A stretch of 64,000 nt of DNA, from the NCBI GenBank assembly GCA_902526005.1, contig CABZIW010000001.1:3013-67012 (forward strand). Direction: 5' to 3'. This document shows, one piece after another, positions 1 through 9,455 of this stretch; positions within the stretch are counted from its first letter, which is position 1, and every line of letters starts with the position of its first letter. The stretch is from an uncultured Pelagibacteraceae bacterium (GTDB lineage Bacteria; Pseudomonadota; Alphaproteobacteria; Pelagibacterales; AG-422-B15). The notes beneath the pieces were generated by a model that ran no database searches, was not told the DNA's origin, and worked only from the letters and a program-made list of their open reading frames with translations. A program made the position numbers and the translations under genes.

Positions 1-205
1 TATCTTCAGCGAGTTTTTTTGCTACATCAATATCGTAGCCTTCGTACTCATTCGTTTTAGGATTCATAAAGCTCCAGCCTGGAAAATCGCCGGTTGTTCC
101 GACTTTAAGTATACCAGTTTTCATAATTTCATCTAGTGTCGATGCATGTGATAGAGATGAGATAAATAATGCAATAGAAATTAATAGGGCTTGAATGAGC
201 TTCAT
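1..205 (-). CDS. Amino-acid ABC transporter substrate-binding protein (family 3), N-terminal part; runs off the window edge
   Basis: Hand translation MKLIQALLISIALFISSLSHASTLDEIMKTGILKVGTTGDFPGWSFMNPKTNEYEGYDIDVAKKLAED: signal peptide plus LKVG...GYDIDVA motif; GAGGA SD upstream. Confidence 0.85.
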   Translation of the reverse strand, partial: MKLIQALLISIALFISSLSHASTLDEIMKTGILKVGTTGDFPGWSFMNPKTNEYEGYDIDVAKKLAED

Positions 206-278
206 ATGATTTTCCTCTTTTTAATATTTTTTAAAAATTATACGATTATATTTAAATAATATAATTATATTTTTTATC

Positions 279-1037
279 ATGAATTTCAACATGACTGGAA
301 AAATCAATATCTTCCTATTGCTTTTGTCTTTATTTGTATTAGCAGGATGTTCATCAAATTATCAATGGGGTTGGTATGTAATTCTGCCAAATAATAAGAT
401 TGGAATATCGAATATAGAATTCTTAATTGGTGGTTTGGGTTACACCATAATCTTATCGGTAATTTCAATTATAATAGCAATATTTTTGGGCTTAATTGTA
501 TCTGTTGCAAGCATTTCAAGAAATAGAGCTCTTAACTACATAAATGTCGGCTATACAGAAATAATTCGAGCAATACCAGTTTTAGTCATGATTTTGTGGG
601 TTTACTATGGATTACCTGTTTTGCTAAACTTAAATTTTACTGCATTTACTGCAGGGATCATCGCATTAAGTATCTGTGAAAGCCCATTTATAGCAGAGAT
701 TTTCAGATCTGGAATCCAAGCCGTGCCAAAGGGTCAAAAAGAAGCCGGTTCATCTATGGGCATGAATTTTTTTCAAATTTTCTACCACATCACGTTACCT
801 CAAGCGGTTAGAATAATTTTACCTGCATTGGGCAATCAATTTGTGTACATGCTTAAGATGTCATCACTTGTATCGATCATCGGTCTAAATGAGCTTACAA
901 GAAAAGCTAATGAGCTCGTAGTTAGTCAGTATCGACCTTTGGAAATTTATACATTTTTGGTATTAGAATATTTAGTCCTAATTTTAATAGTTTCTTTTTT
1001 AGTAAGACGCCTTGAAAAGAGACTGAAGGTTTATTAA
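279..1037 (+). CDS. Polar amino-acid ABC transporter permease (His/Glu/Gln/Arg/opine family)
   Basis: Hydrophobic helices, EIIRAIP, EAA-like loop AEIFRSGIQAVPKGQKEAGSSMGM, ILPALGNQFV..LKMSSL. Confidence 0.92.
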   Translation: MNFNMTGKINIFLLLLSLFVLAGCSSNYQWGWYVILPNNKIGISNIEFLIGGLGYTIILSVISIIIAIFLGLIVSVASISRNRALNYINVGYTEIIRAIPVLVMILWVYYGLPVLLNLNFTAFTAGIIALSICESPFIAEIFRSGIQAVPKGQKEAGSSMGMNFFQIFYHITLPQAVRIILPALGNQFVYMLKMSSLVSIIGLNELTRKANELVVSQYRPLEIYTFLVLEYLVLILIVSFLVRRLEKRLKVY

Positions 1038-2494
1038 GTCCCACAAAAAGTTTTATAGGGAATATTTGTTTTGCTTGGTGTTTCCAAATATTTGATATTT
1101 ACTTTTTTTAACTGGTAAGGTGAAGAAATGATTTCATTAAGCTCATTAAATTTATCAAACTTTCCGTCTGTTTCTGCTTCACTAAGTGCTTCTTCAACTA
1201 AATAATTTCTTGGAATTAAGGTTGGATTACAGCTAATCATCACATCTAAATATTCCTTACTTTCAACTCTTCTTTTCCATTCTCTTTTCCAATTATTAAA
1301 CTCATCATCCTCAAATTCTTCATCGTCTGCATGATCATAATTCATTAAATTACAAAAAGTATTTGTAAAATCCGGTTTTTTTTGTTGCATCCATTTGATT
1401 AAGTTGTTGATGAGTTCTTCATCATCTTCACTCTGATCTTTAATACCTAGTTTTTTTTTCATCATTTGAAGCCATTTGTCCTTAAACAATGAACTAAAAG
1501 TGTTGATTAAGTTTTGAGCTATTTCAATTGATCTTTTCTCATCTTTATCAATGAGTGGCAATAAGCACTCTGCTAACCTCACTAAGTTCCATTGAATTAT
1601 TGAAGGTTGATTGGCAAAAGAATATCTTCCTTGCGTATCAATTGAACTAAAAACTGTATTTGCATCATAATGATCCATGAAAGCACATGGCCCATAATCA
1701 ATTGTCTCTCCTGATATTGTAGAATTATCTGTATTCATTACCCCATGAATGAATCCAACACGCATCCATTCTACAATCAAATTAATCTGTTTTTGCATGA
1801 CAGCTTTTATGAATTCAATTGCTAAATTTTCTGAAAATTTTAAATTACTGAAATGTCTTTTTATTGAGAAATCCAAAAGAGATTTCATGCCTTCATAATC
1901 TTTATGTGCCGCTAAAAATTGAAAAGTACCAATTCTTATATGGCTACTTGCTACTCGTGTTAAAATAGATCCTTTTAATGGAACTTCTCGGTAGACTTTT
2001 TCGCCAGTCTCAACAACTGCTAAACTTCTTGTTGTTGGAATACCTAAATAATACATTGCTTCACTTATCAAATATTCACGTAACATTGGTCCCAATGCAG
2101 CTTTACCATCTCCGCCTCTTGAATAAGGTGTTCGCCCTGAGCCTTTATACTGGATATCAAATATTTCACCGTCAGGAGTTACTTGCTCACCAACGATGTG
2201 GGCCCTACCGTCTCCAAGAATTGTAAATTGTCCAAATTGGTGTCCTGCATAAGCCTGTGCAAATGGCCTTGAACCATAAGGCAGTGAATTTCCTGAAAAT
2301 AAATTGGATAAGTCTTCTTCTGAGATACCTTTTAAATTTAGGCCAAGCTTTTCGGCCAGTTCATTATTAACAATGACAGTACTTGGATTAGTAACTGCAT
2401 CTGGTTTTAATTCTGAGAAGAGCTTGTCAGATATTTGGGTATAACTGCTTTGTAAATTCCACCCTGAATCAGAAAGGGATACATTATTTTTCAT
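1034..2494 (-). CDS. selO: Protein adenylyltransferase SelO/YdiU family
   Basis: AYAGHQFG, LGDGRA, KGSGRTPYSRGGDG, HGVMNTDN, DYGP motifs; C-terminal TFCGT. Confidence 0.95.
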   Translation of the reverse strand: MKNNVSLSDSGWNLQSSYTQISDKLFSELKPDAVTNPSTVIVNNELAEKLGLNLKGISEEDLSNLFSGNSLPYGSRPFAQAYAGHQFGQFTILGDGRAHIVGEQVTPDGEIFDIQYKGSGRTPYSRGGDGKAALGPMLREYLISEAMYYLGIPTTRSLAVVETGEKVYREVPLKGSILTRVASSHIRIGTFQFLAAHKDYEGMKSLLDFSIKRHFSNLKFSENLAIEFIKAVMQKQINLIVEWMRVGFIHGVMNTDNSTISGETIDYGPCAFMDHYDANTVFSSIDTQGRYSFANQPSIIQWNLVRLAECLLPLIDKDEKRSIEIAQNLINTFSSLFKDKWLQMMKKKLGIKDQSEDDEELINNLIKWMQQKKPDFTNTFCNLMNYDHADDEEFEDDEFNNWKREWKRRVESKEYLDVMISCNPTLIPRNYLVEEALSEAETDGKFDKFNELNEIISSPYQLKKVNIKYLETPSKTNIPYKTFCGT

Positions 2495-2538
2495 TGTTGC
2501 TGTAAACTTAATTTAATTTTACATATATTTATATCAAA

Positions 2539-2961
2539 ATGTTAATTCAAAAAGAACTTGAAATAGTAGTTGAAGGAAAAGGGCTCTATAATATTACAGA
2601 TATTATAAATCAAGCTATTAGCAAACATAGAATATCAAAAGGTATCTGCACTATTTTTATCAAACACACATCCGCATCTCTAATTATTCAGGAAAACGCT
2701 GACCCTAACGTCCTTAAAGATTTAGAAAATTACTTCGACAAAATAGTACCCGAAAACGATAATTATTTACATAGTGAGGAAGGTCCGGATGATATGCCTG
2801 CACATATTAAATCTTCTCTGACAAACACAACGCTAAGTATTCCAATTAAAGAAAAAAAACTTGATCTTGGAATATGGCAGGGAGTATATTTATTTGAGCA
2901 CCGATATAAGAATAATGATCTTGGAATAAAAAGAATTATTTCAATGACAGTGATTGCTTAA
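2539..2961 (+). CDS. YjbQ/UPF0047 family protein (secondary thiamine-phosphate synthase-like)
   Basis: HTSASLIIQENADP, HSEEGPDDMPAHIKS, LGIWQGVYLFEHR. Confidence 0.92.
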   Translation: MLIQKELEIVVEGKGLYNITDIINQAISKHRISKGICTIFIKHTSASLIIQENADPNVLKDLENYFDKIVPENDNYLHSEEGPDDMPAHIKSSLTNTTLSIPIKEKKLDLGIWQGVYLFEHRYKNNDLGIKRIISMTVIA

Positions 2962-3410
2962 TGAGGCATTCTAAATTTATCGTGGCAAGCTTTGCAACTC
3001 GACCAAATTAAATTCTTCTGAGCCTCTTTTAATTCATCTCCTGTAAGGCTAGCAGCAATTTGGGTAAATTTTTTAACTTTATCTGAAGTTTCAATCATCA
3101 AAGCATTAAATTCATCTTTTTGAAGCCAAATAGTGGGCAAAGCTTCTGTATCATAACCCGTTTTTGAATTTTCAGGAAAAAGATCAATGAGTTTATCGTA
3201 ATTTGCGCTCATTTTTTCAGAAAGCTCTATGACTTTATCATTATTGCCTTTTGCTATTTCTGCAGACATTTTTTTTGCATGGCTATAATTTTGCTTAAAT
3301 AATGATTTTCTTTCTTTTATAATTTTTCCATGGTCGTCAGCAAAACCAATAAAGACAAAAAATAAAGATGCTAAGATTGACGAAAGCAGTATTTGAAAAT
3401 TTATTCTCAT
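2958..3410 (-). CDS. Cytochrome c' (class II c-type cytochrome)
   Basis: Signal peptide, ALPTIW motif, single C-terminal CKACH heme motif. Confidence 0.9.
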   Translation of the reverse strand: MRINFQILLSSILASLFFVFIGFADDHGKIIKERKSLFKQNYSHAKKMSAEIAKGNNDKVIELSEKMSANYDKLIDLFPENSKTGYDTEALPTIWLQKDEFNALMIETSDKVKKFTQIAASLTGDELKEAQKNLIWSSCKACHDKFRMPH

Positions 3411-3426
3411 ATTTTAAATATATATT

Positions 3427-3954
3427 ATGAAAATTAAAAATGACAATAGTACTTATGGGGTTCTTGCTCGACTCTTTCATTGGCTCACTTTTTTTATCCT
3501 ATTAATTCAATTACCTCTAGGACTTTATTTGGACAATTTGGAGTTTTCTGAATTTAAATTAACTGTTGAAAATACACACATCATAATTGGTATGAGTATT
3601 TTTTACATAACATTATTAAGAATGATTTGGAAATTTTGGAATCCAAAGCCAATAACTTCAACTGTGAACAAATTACAATTAATAGCATCAAAGGCAGTAC
3701 ATGGACTTTTTTATATTACTCTTCTTTTAATTACAATCAGCGGAGTATTAAAACTTTTACTTTCCGGCGAGGAAGTTAATTTGATTATTTCCACGATATA
3801 CATTGACTATTTTAACTACGAGCTTGCAGACCGATTCCAAACTGTTCATGTTATTTCAGCATATTTTTTGATACTTCTTTTCACTATTCATTTAGGAGCT
3901 GTTGTGTATCATCATCTCATACAAAAAGACCCAATTTTAAAAAAAATGCTGTGA
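3427..3954 (+). CDS. Cytochrome b561 (CybB-like)
   Basis: RLFHW, H..IG, HGLFY, HVISAY, IHLGAVVYHH heme-ligand histidines in four TM helices. Confidence 0.9.
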   Translation: MKIKNDNSTYGVLARLFHWLTFFILLIQLPLGLYLDNLEFSEFKLTVENTHIIIGMSIFYITLLRMIWKFWNPKPITSTVNKLQLIASKAVHGLFYITLLLITISGVLKLLLSGEEVNLIISTIYIDYFNYELADRFQTVHVISAYFLILLFTIHLGAVVYHHLIQKDPILKKML

Positions 3955-3960
3955 TCAAAT

Positions 3961-5478
3961 ATGACCGATAATCCTAATTTGTCTCAATTTCTCGATAGGC
4001 TGGAAAAATTAAGTGACGAAACTCGAACTGAAGCAAAAAACAAAAGGCATAAACTTGGATTAAGAACAGCAAGAGAAAATCTCGATCACTTAGTTGATGA
4101 TCAAAGTTTTTTAGAATACGGCGCCTTTGCGGTAGCAGCACAAAGAAACAGAAGAAAATACGAAGATCTTCAAATTGATACTGCGGCAGATGGTATTATT
4201 ACTGGATTTTGTAAAATCAATTCTGATCTTATTGGTGAGGAAAAGTCTGATGCGGTCTGTATTGTTTACGACTATTCAGTATTGGCAGGTACTCAAGGTT
4301 TTTTTCACCACATGAAACTTGATCGCATCTTTGAAAAAGCAAAAGAGTTTAAACTTCCAATAGTCATTTATACTGAAGGTGGAGGTGGAAGACCTGGTGA
4401 TACAGATGTAACAACATCTGTTGCTGGTTTGCATGTCCCATCTTTCGCACTCTGGGCAAGTTTGTACGGTAGATGTTTAAGAATTGCTGTAAATAATGGA
4501 TTTTGTTTTGCAGGTAATGCAGCTCTTTTTGGAAGCGCAGACATCAGGATTGCTACAAAAAATTCCTGGATAGGAATGGCAGGTCCTGCAATGATTGAAG
4601 GTGGCGGACTTGGAAAGTTTGATCCAAAAGAAATAGGACCGTCAGACATTCAAAAAAATAACGGAGTAATTGACTATGTTGCTGAAGACGAAAAAGAGGC
4701 AACTATTATTGCTAAAAAAATACTCTCATACTTTCAAGGAGATATTAAAAATTGGAAAACTGATGATCAGACTCAACTGTGTGATATTATGCCCAAAGAC
4801 AGAAGATGGTCTTATCCAGTAAGAGACATTATAAAAATTATTTCTGATATTGAAGAATACACCGAAATAAAACCTGAATATGGAAAAGGAATTGTTACGT
4901 GCTTTATTAGAATAGAGGGAAAGCCTTTTGGGTTATTGGCAAATGATAGTCAACATTTAGGGGGGGCAATTGACTCCGAAGGAGCTGACAAAGCATCTTC
5001 TTTTATTGAAATGTGCAGTGAATATGGTTTACCACTTATTTCACTAGTTGATACGCCTGGATTTATGGTGGGGCCAGATAGTGAGAAAGAAGGAGCTGTT
5101 AGAAGAATGTCAAATCTCTTTAAGATAGGTTCGAAAGTAAAAGTACCTTTAACAGCAATTTTTTTAAGAAAAGGTTATGGGCTTGGAGCTCAGGCAATGG
5201 TTGGTGGTAGTCTTCATGAGCCAGTATATACAGCAGCTTGGCCAACAGGTGAGTTTGGAGCAATGGGGTTAGAAGGAGCAGTAAAACTTGGGTTTAAAAA
5301 AGAGTTAGAAAAGATTGAAGATAATTCAAAAAGAGAGGAATTATTCAATAGTCTAGTTGAAAAACTCTATGATAAAGGAAAAGCCATTGAAGCTGCTGCT
5401 CACCTTGAAATCGACGCAGTAATTAATCCATCTGAAACACGAAGTGTTATCTTAAAATCACAAAAGGCCTTTGTATGA
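3961..5478 (+). CDS. Acyl-CoA carboxylase carboxyltransferase subunit
   Basis: DYSVLAGTQG, EGGGGRPGD, GMAGP, LVDTPGFMVGP, WPTGEFGAMGLEGA. Confidence 0.9.
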   Translation: MTDNPNLSQFLDRLEKLSDETRTEAKNKRHKLGLRTARENLDHLVDDQSFLEYGAFAVAAQRNRRKYEDLQIDTAADGIITGFCKINSDLIGEEKSDAVCIVYDYSVLAGTQGFFHHMKLDRIFEKAKEFKLPIVIYTEGGGGRPGDTDVTTSVAGLHVPSFALWASLYGRCLRIAVNNGFCFAGNAALFGSADIRIATKNSWIGMAGPAMIEGGGLGKFDPKEIGPSDIQKNNGVIDYVAEDEKEATIIAKKILSYFQGDIKNWKTDDQTQLCDIMPKDRRWSYPVRDIIKIISDIEEYTEIKPEYGKGIVTCFIRIEGKPFGLLANDSQHLGGAIDSEGADKASSFIEMCSEYGLPLISLVDTPGFMVGPDSEKEGAVRRMSNLFKIGSKVKVPLTAIFLRKGYGLGAQAMVGGSLHEPVYTAAWPTGEFGAMGLEGAVKLGFKKELEKIEDNSKREELFNSLVEKLYDKGKAIEAAAHLEIDAVINPSETRSVILKSQKAFV

Positions 5479-6206
5479 GAAATTATGAATTGGATGACAA
5501 TAGATATTATAAAGCAAGATTAGGGTTGATCGTTCTTCAGAGCGATGAAACTATCGAGCAAGAATTTAGAACTATTCTTGATCAAAGTATATCAATCAAT
5601 CACTCACGCATTTACTGTGACAATATTGTAAGTAATGAAAATCTTGAACTTATGGAAAAAGAATTGCCAGCAGCATCTGCGTTATTACCTGATATTCATT
5701 ATGATAGTATTGGATATGCTTGTACATCAGGCGCAACAGTAATTGGTTCAGACAAAATTGAGAGTCTTATAAATAAAAAACATAAATCGGCATTTGTAAC
5801 TGATCCAATAAGAGCTGTAAAAAAAGCTATGAGTACGTTAGGCTGTAGAAAAATAAATTTTGTATCACCTTATCAAGAGTCGGTAACAAAATCTTTACGT
5901 GATCATTTACATGCTAATAATTTTATAATTCAAAACCAAATTTCTTTTAATGAATCCGATGATAGGAATGTTGCAAGGATTTCAGATAAAGACAGCCTAA
6001 AAGCTATAATAGAAGTTGGTAAACAGGATTGTGAAGCTGTATTTATTTCATGTACAAACCTTAAAACATTTAAGATTATCAATGAAGCAGAGAAAGTATT
6101 GGATAAACCAGTAATCTCATCAAATCAGGCGATTTGCTGGCAAATGTTAAGAGAGGCTGGAATTAATAGTGCGGCTGGTCCAGGAATTCTTTTTTCAAAA
6201 CATTAG
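5475..6206 (+). CDS. Asp/Glu racemase superfamily protein (maleate cis-trans isomerase/EutA-like)
   Basis: LGLIVLQSDETIE, two catalytic cysteine motifs YACTSG and ISCTNL, SSNQA. Confidence 0.85.
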   Translation: MRNYELDDNRYYKARLGLIVLQSDETIEQEFRTILDQSISINHSRIYCDNIVSNENLELMEKELPAASALLPDIHYDSIGYACTSGATVIGSDKIESLINKKHKSAFVTDPIRAVKKAMSTLGCRKINFVSPYQESVTKSLRDHLHANNFIIQNQISFNESDDRNVARISDKDSLKAIIEVGKQDCEAVFISCTNLKTFKIINEAEKVLDKPVISSNQAICWQMLREAGINSAAGPGILFSKH

Positions 6207-6829
6207 CTAAGAGCTAACCAAACACCAACACCCACCATTAAGAAACCTGCTAACCCATTAATAAGTCTGATATTATTTTGTTTTTTTAACATAATGCCTA
6301 AAGCTTGACCTCCTGTTGCGTAAATCATAAGTGAAATAAACTCAATTATAAGAATAATTATCACAAGCGCTGACATTTGCGGTATTAAGTTTACTTCGTA
6401 ATTAATAAATGCAGGTACCATTGCAATAAAAAATGCCCAACCTTTTGGATTCGCAACAGCGGTTATAAAGCCCTGCATTGCTAATTTAAAAAAATTTATT
6501 TCAAATGAATGTGAACCATCCAAATTTAATGCCAATGATCCTCTTGAATTGATCATTTGATACCCAACGAACATTAAATAAAGGCCTCCTCCATATTTGA
6601 AAACTGCAAATGCAATTGGAAAAGATGTAATGATTGCTCCACCTCCTACCACTGCTGTACCTGCCACAATTAAAACTCCGGTTAATTCTCCAACCATCAT
6701 TTTCATTGTGTTTTTTACACCTATTGTAATTCCCATTGTCAAAGCAAGTGTCATGCATAAACCTGGTGTAATGGATATTATAAAAAAAACTGGTATGAAA
6801 AAGTAAAGTAATGAGAAATCAAAAATCAT
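6203..6829 (-). CDS. LysE/RhtB family amino-acid exporter
   Basis: SITPGLCM, NPKGWAFF, hydrophobic, 208 aa. Confidence 0.9.
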   Translation of the reverse strand: MIFDFSLLYFFIPVFFIISITPGLCMTLALTMGITIGVKNTMKMMVGELTGVLIVAGTAVVGGGAIITSFPIAFAVFKYGGGLYLMFVGYQMINSRGSLALNLDGSHSFEINFFKLAMQGFITAVANPKGWAFFIAMVPAFINYEVNLIPQMSALVIIILIIEFISLMIYATGGQALGIMLKKQNNIRLINGLAGFLMVGVGVWLALS

Positions 6830-6857
6830 AAGAACGAGCGGTAGTATTTAAGGGGGC

Positions 6858-6907
6858 AAAAAAAACGGGGCGCAACACAAACCCCTAAAGGTCTCCATTC
6901 CGCCCCG
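6858..6907 (-). terminator. Intrinsic terminator-like hairpin
   Basis: 7-bp GC stem (6866-6872 with 6901-6907) immediately followed by eight T on the minus strand. Confidence 0.6.
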
Positions 6908-6966
6908 AAACTCGGCCTCCCGCCGACAAACTCCCCGAAGGGCTTTCGTTCTTTGTTCGTCCGATG
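6858..6966 (-). ncRNA. Candidate structured RNA (cis-regulatory element or sRNA) upstream of the LysE/RhtB exporter
   Basis: GC-rich patch in AT-rich DNA; stems GACGAAC/GTTTGTC, CCC-TTCG-GGG, CGGC-GGGAG-GCCG, and CGGGGCG/CGCCCCG followed by T8; TATTAT -10-like box just upstream. Confidence 0.65.
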
Positions 6967-7030
6967 CGAAAATAATAGCAAATAGAAAAAATATTTTAAA
7001 TAAGTTTTATAATAAAGACTCCTTATACGA

Positions 7031-7047
7031 TGTGGATAAGTGGATAA
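7031..7047. promoter_or_regulatory. Two overlapping DnaA-box-like motifs
   Basis: TGTGGATAA (7031-7039; perfect reverse complement of TTATCCACA) and AGTGGATAA (7039-7047; one mismatch). Confidence 0.45.
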
Positions 7048-7091
7048 ATAGTTTTTACCATAAGATTCAATATATAATTGAAAATACTTAA

Positions 7092-7316
7092 TTAAGATTC
7101 CATACCCCAAGATAAAGAATTCCATATTCTTTCATGAAAATAATAAATAGTTACCTTTGTCATTACTTCCAATGCAGCAATTAAACCAGCAGTTTCAAGA
7201 ACTGAAAAATCTGATTTTAATATTACTAAGTAACTGATTAAGAATGTATCTGCTGTGGCAGTTACCCTCCAGGTAAGAGCCTTAACTAATGATCTTTTTT
7301 TTGAACTCTGAGGCAC
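7092..7316 (-). CDS. DUF2061 small membrane protein
   Basis: RSLVKALTWR and YYFHERIW signature segments. Confidence 0.85.
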   Translation of the reverse strand: MPQSSKKRSLVKALTWRVTATADTFLISYLVILKSDFSVLETAGLIAALEVMTKVTIYYFHERIWNSLSWGMES

Positions 7317-7406
7317 ACAGAAATAATTAGTTATATTATTTTATATTTCAAACAGTTTTAGATTTAATAAACCAATAAAGTATTGATTTTTCGCTAAAAA
7401 AAAATT

Positions 7407-8183
7407 TTATTTCGAGAGCTCTCTTTTGTTATAAAACTCTTTGGCTACAAAAACTAAATCACAATGTAACCAATTAACTAATTTATAACCATTTTTTAGC
7501 ATAAGTTTATAAATGTCAGATTTAAGTATTTTGTGAATATTTTGAAAATGAAATTCAATTTCTTTTAATTCAAGATCATTAAATTCTATTACAACTATAC
7601 TTGGCGAATACTTTGTAAAATTAAACGAGCTTAATGCATTTAATTCATTACCTTCAATATCTATTGAGAGAAAATCAATTTTTTTTCCTTTGTATGGAGA
7701 TGACTCAATTATGTCGTTTAAGGTTTCACATTGCATCATAAATTTGCGGGTATCTTTTTTATTCATTCTTTTAGCTGATTTTTTATTAACAGTTTGTACA
7801 GCTGACCGTTCATGTGGTGAGTAAACTTTTATTTTTCCCTTTTTATTGGAGACAACTGTTTGCTTATTGAAATCTCTTTTTCTATGGAATTCAAATAATT
7901 CAATTGAAGTTTGATCTAGATCAATATTTATTCCAGACCAACCTCGCTTATATAGTAACAAAGTATTAGATCCCTCATAAGGATGATAACAACCAATATC
8001 TATATAAATACCTCTATCTTTATTTCTAAAAAAATAATTTACCAGTAAATCTATTCCGCCACCTGAATAAGATTTTTTGGGTTTATCTTTAAGTATTTTT
8101 TGTGAATACATATAAATAAATTTAAAAAAGCTTTTTTCTTTTTTAAAAATGAATTTTTCCTTTAGATATTTATCAATTTTCAT
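7407..8183 (-). CDS. FkbM family methyltransferase
   Basis: YIDIGCYHP..GSNT..LY..GWSGINID, IDFLSIDIEGNEL. Confidence 0.9.
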   Translation of the reverse strand: MKIDKYLKEKFIFKKEKSFFKFIYMYSQKILKDKPKKSYSGGGIDLLVNYFFRNKDRGIYIDIGCYHPYEGSNTLLLYKRGWSGINIDLDQTSIELFEFHRKRDFNKQTVVSNKKGKIKVYSPHERSAVQTVNKKSAKRMNKKDTRKFMMQCETLNDIIESSPYKGKKIDFLSIDIEGNELNALSSFNFTKYSPSIVVIEFNDLELKEIEFHFQNIHKILKSDIYKLMLKNGYKLVNWLHCDLVFVAKEFYNKRELSK

Positions 8184-8212
8184 AATTTATATTTTAAATT
8201 TAAAAACCTATG

Positions 8213-9409
8213 TCACACAGCCTGTATTTTTTTTTCATTAATTGGATAATGAACGACTGCTGAAGCAAACCCTAAAACAACGCAAGCCCACCACATAATA
8301 TCATAAGAACCATAATAATCATAAAACCTACCTCCAAACCATGACCCAACAAAAGAGCCGACCTGATGAGATAAGAAAGTAAAACCATATAGCATAGACA
8401 TATACTTTGATCCAAAAATAACCGAAATAATTCCACTAGTAAGAGGCACTGTAGATAGCCACAGAATTCCTAGAAGTGAAGCAAAAATTAATACTGTAAT
8501 TTCAGTTTTTGGCAAAAAGATAAATATCAAAAACAGTAAGGCACGCAAAGTATATAAGATTACTAGAAGGTTTTTTTTAGACCTCAAATCTCCCAAGTGA
8601 CCGAAAACAAGTGTGCCTATTACATTAAATAATCCGATTAATGCTAAGGACCATGATCCAATCCACATTGGTAAAGATAAATCGTCAAGGTATGCTGGTA
8701 GATGAGTTGCTATAAAAGAAATATGAAAACCGCAAACAAAGAATCCAATTGTCAGTAAGACATAGCTCTTATTTGCAAAGGCTTCATTTAAAACAGATGC
8801 TAAAGATCTATTAACTTCATCATCTTTTCTACTTATGGATGAATGTTTTGTTAATACCAGCGAGAATAAAATCATGATGAGTGAAATAAAACAAAGGTAT
8901 AAAATTGATCTTTGCCAATCACTCATTTCAATTAAGAAGCCTGTAAGAGGAACGATCAAAAATTGACCTAGCGAACCTGCAGCCATTACGACGCCAAGAG
9001 ATAATGTTTGATATTTGCCTGTTACAGCCTTACCAACAGCCCCTAATATTACAGCGGTACCACATCCAGCACATCCAAATCCAAAAATTATTTGTGAAAC
9101 GATCAGAAGTATTGAACCTTCGACAAGCGACATTAAGTAAAGTCCAATTAAAAAGAAAATTACTCCTAATAGGCCAGCTATCGATGAACTATATTTATCT
9201 GCTATGGCGCCAAAAATTGGTGATCCGATGCCAATCATAAGAAATTGTATTGCAATGGCAAACCCAAATACTTCTCTACCAGTTTGTATATGTTCAGAAA
9301 TTGGGATCAAATAAAGTCCAGAAGAATGCCTTATACCGAATGAAACAAGCAAGAGTATGCAGCCTCCAATAATCACTAATGTTGAATAAGAATGTCTAAA
9401 TAACTGCAT
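8213..9409 (-). CDS. MFS transporter
   Basis: About 12 TM helices, GAIADKY and GHLGDLRSKK loop motifs, GFFVCGFH. Confidence 0.92.
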   Translation of the reverse strand: MQLFRHSYSTLVIIGGCILLLVSFGIRHSSGLYLIPISEHIQTGREVFGFAIAIQFLMIGIGSPIFGAIADKYSSSIAGLLGVIFFLIGLYLMSLVEGSILLIVSQIIFGFGCAGCGTAVILGAVGKAVTGKYQTLSLGVVMAAGSLGQFLIVPLTGFLIEMSDWQRSILYLCFISLIMILFSLVLTKHSSISRKDDEVNRSLASVLNEAFANKSYVLLTIGFFVCGFHISFIATHLPAYLDDLSLPMWIGSWSLALIGLFNVIGTLVFGHLGDLRSKKNLLVILYTLRALLFLIFIFLPKTEITVLIFASLLGILWLSTVPLTSGIISVIFGSKYMSMLYGFTFLSHQVGSFVGSWFGGRFYDYYGSYDIMWWACVVLGFASAVVHYPINEKKIQAV

Positions 9410-9455
9410 GTTTTAATTTATATACTTCCAACGTCGAATTGATACTATAAATCAC

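Noticed and set aside
6885-6945. Resemblance of the structured RNA to the yybP-ykoY (Mn2+) riboswitch (GGGGAG...AGACCUUU) or to 5S rRNA (CCATTCC...AACTCGG)
   Set aside because: Required P1 pairing and other conserved loops are missing, and the 5S-like match is short and lacks the 5S fold
6826-7125. 99-aa minus-strand ORF in the track
   Set aside because: It runs across the GC-rich structured RNA and terminator and overlaps two real genes; no protein-like features
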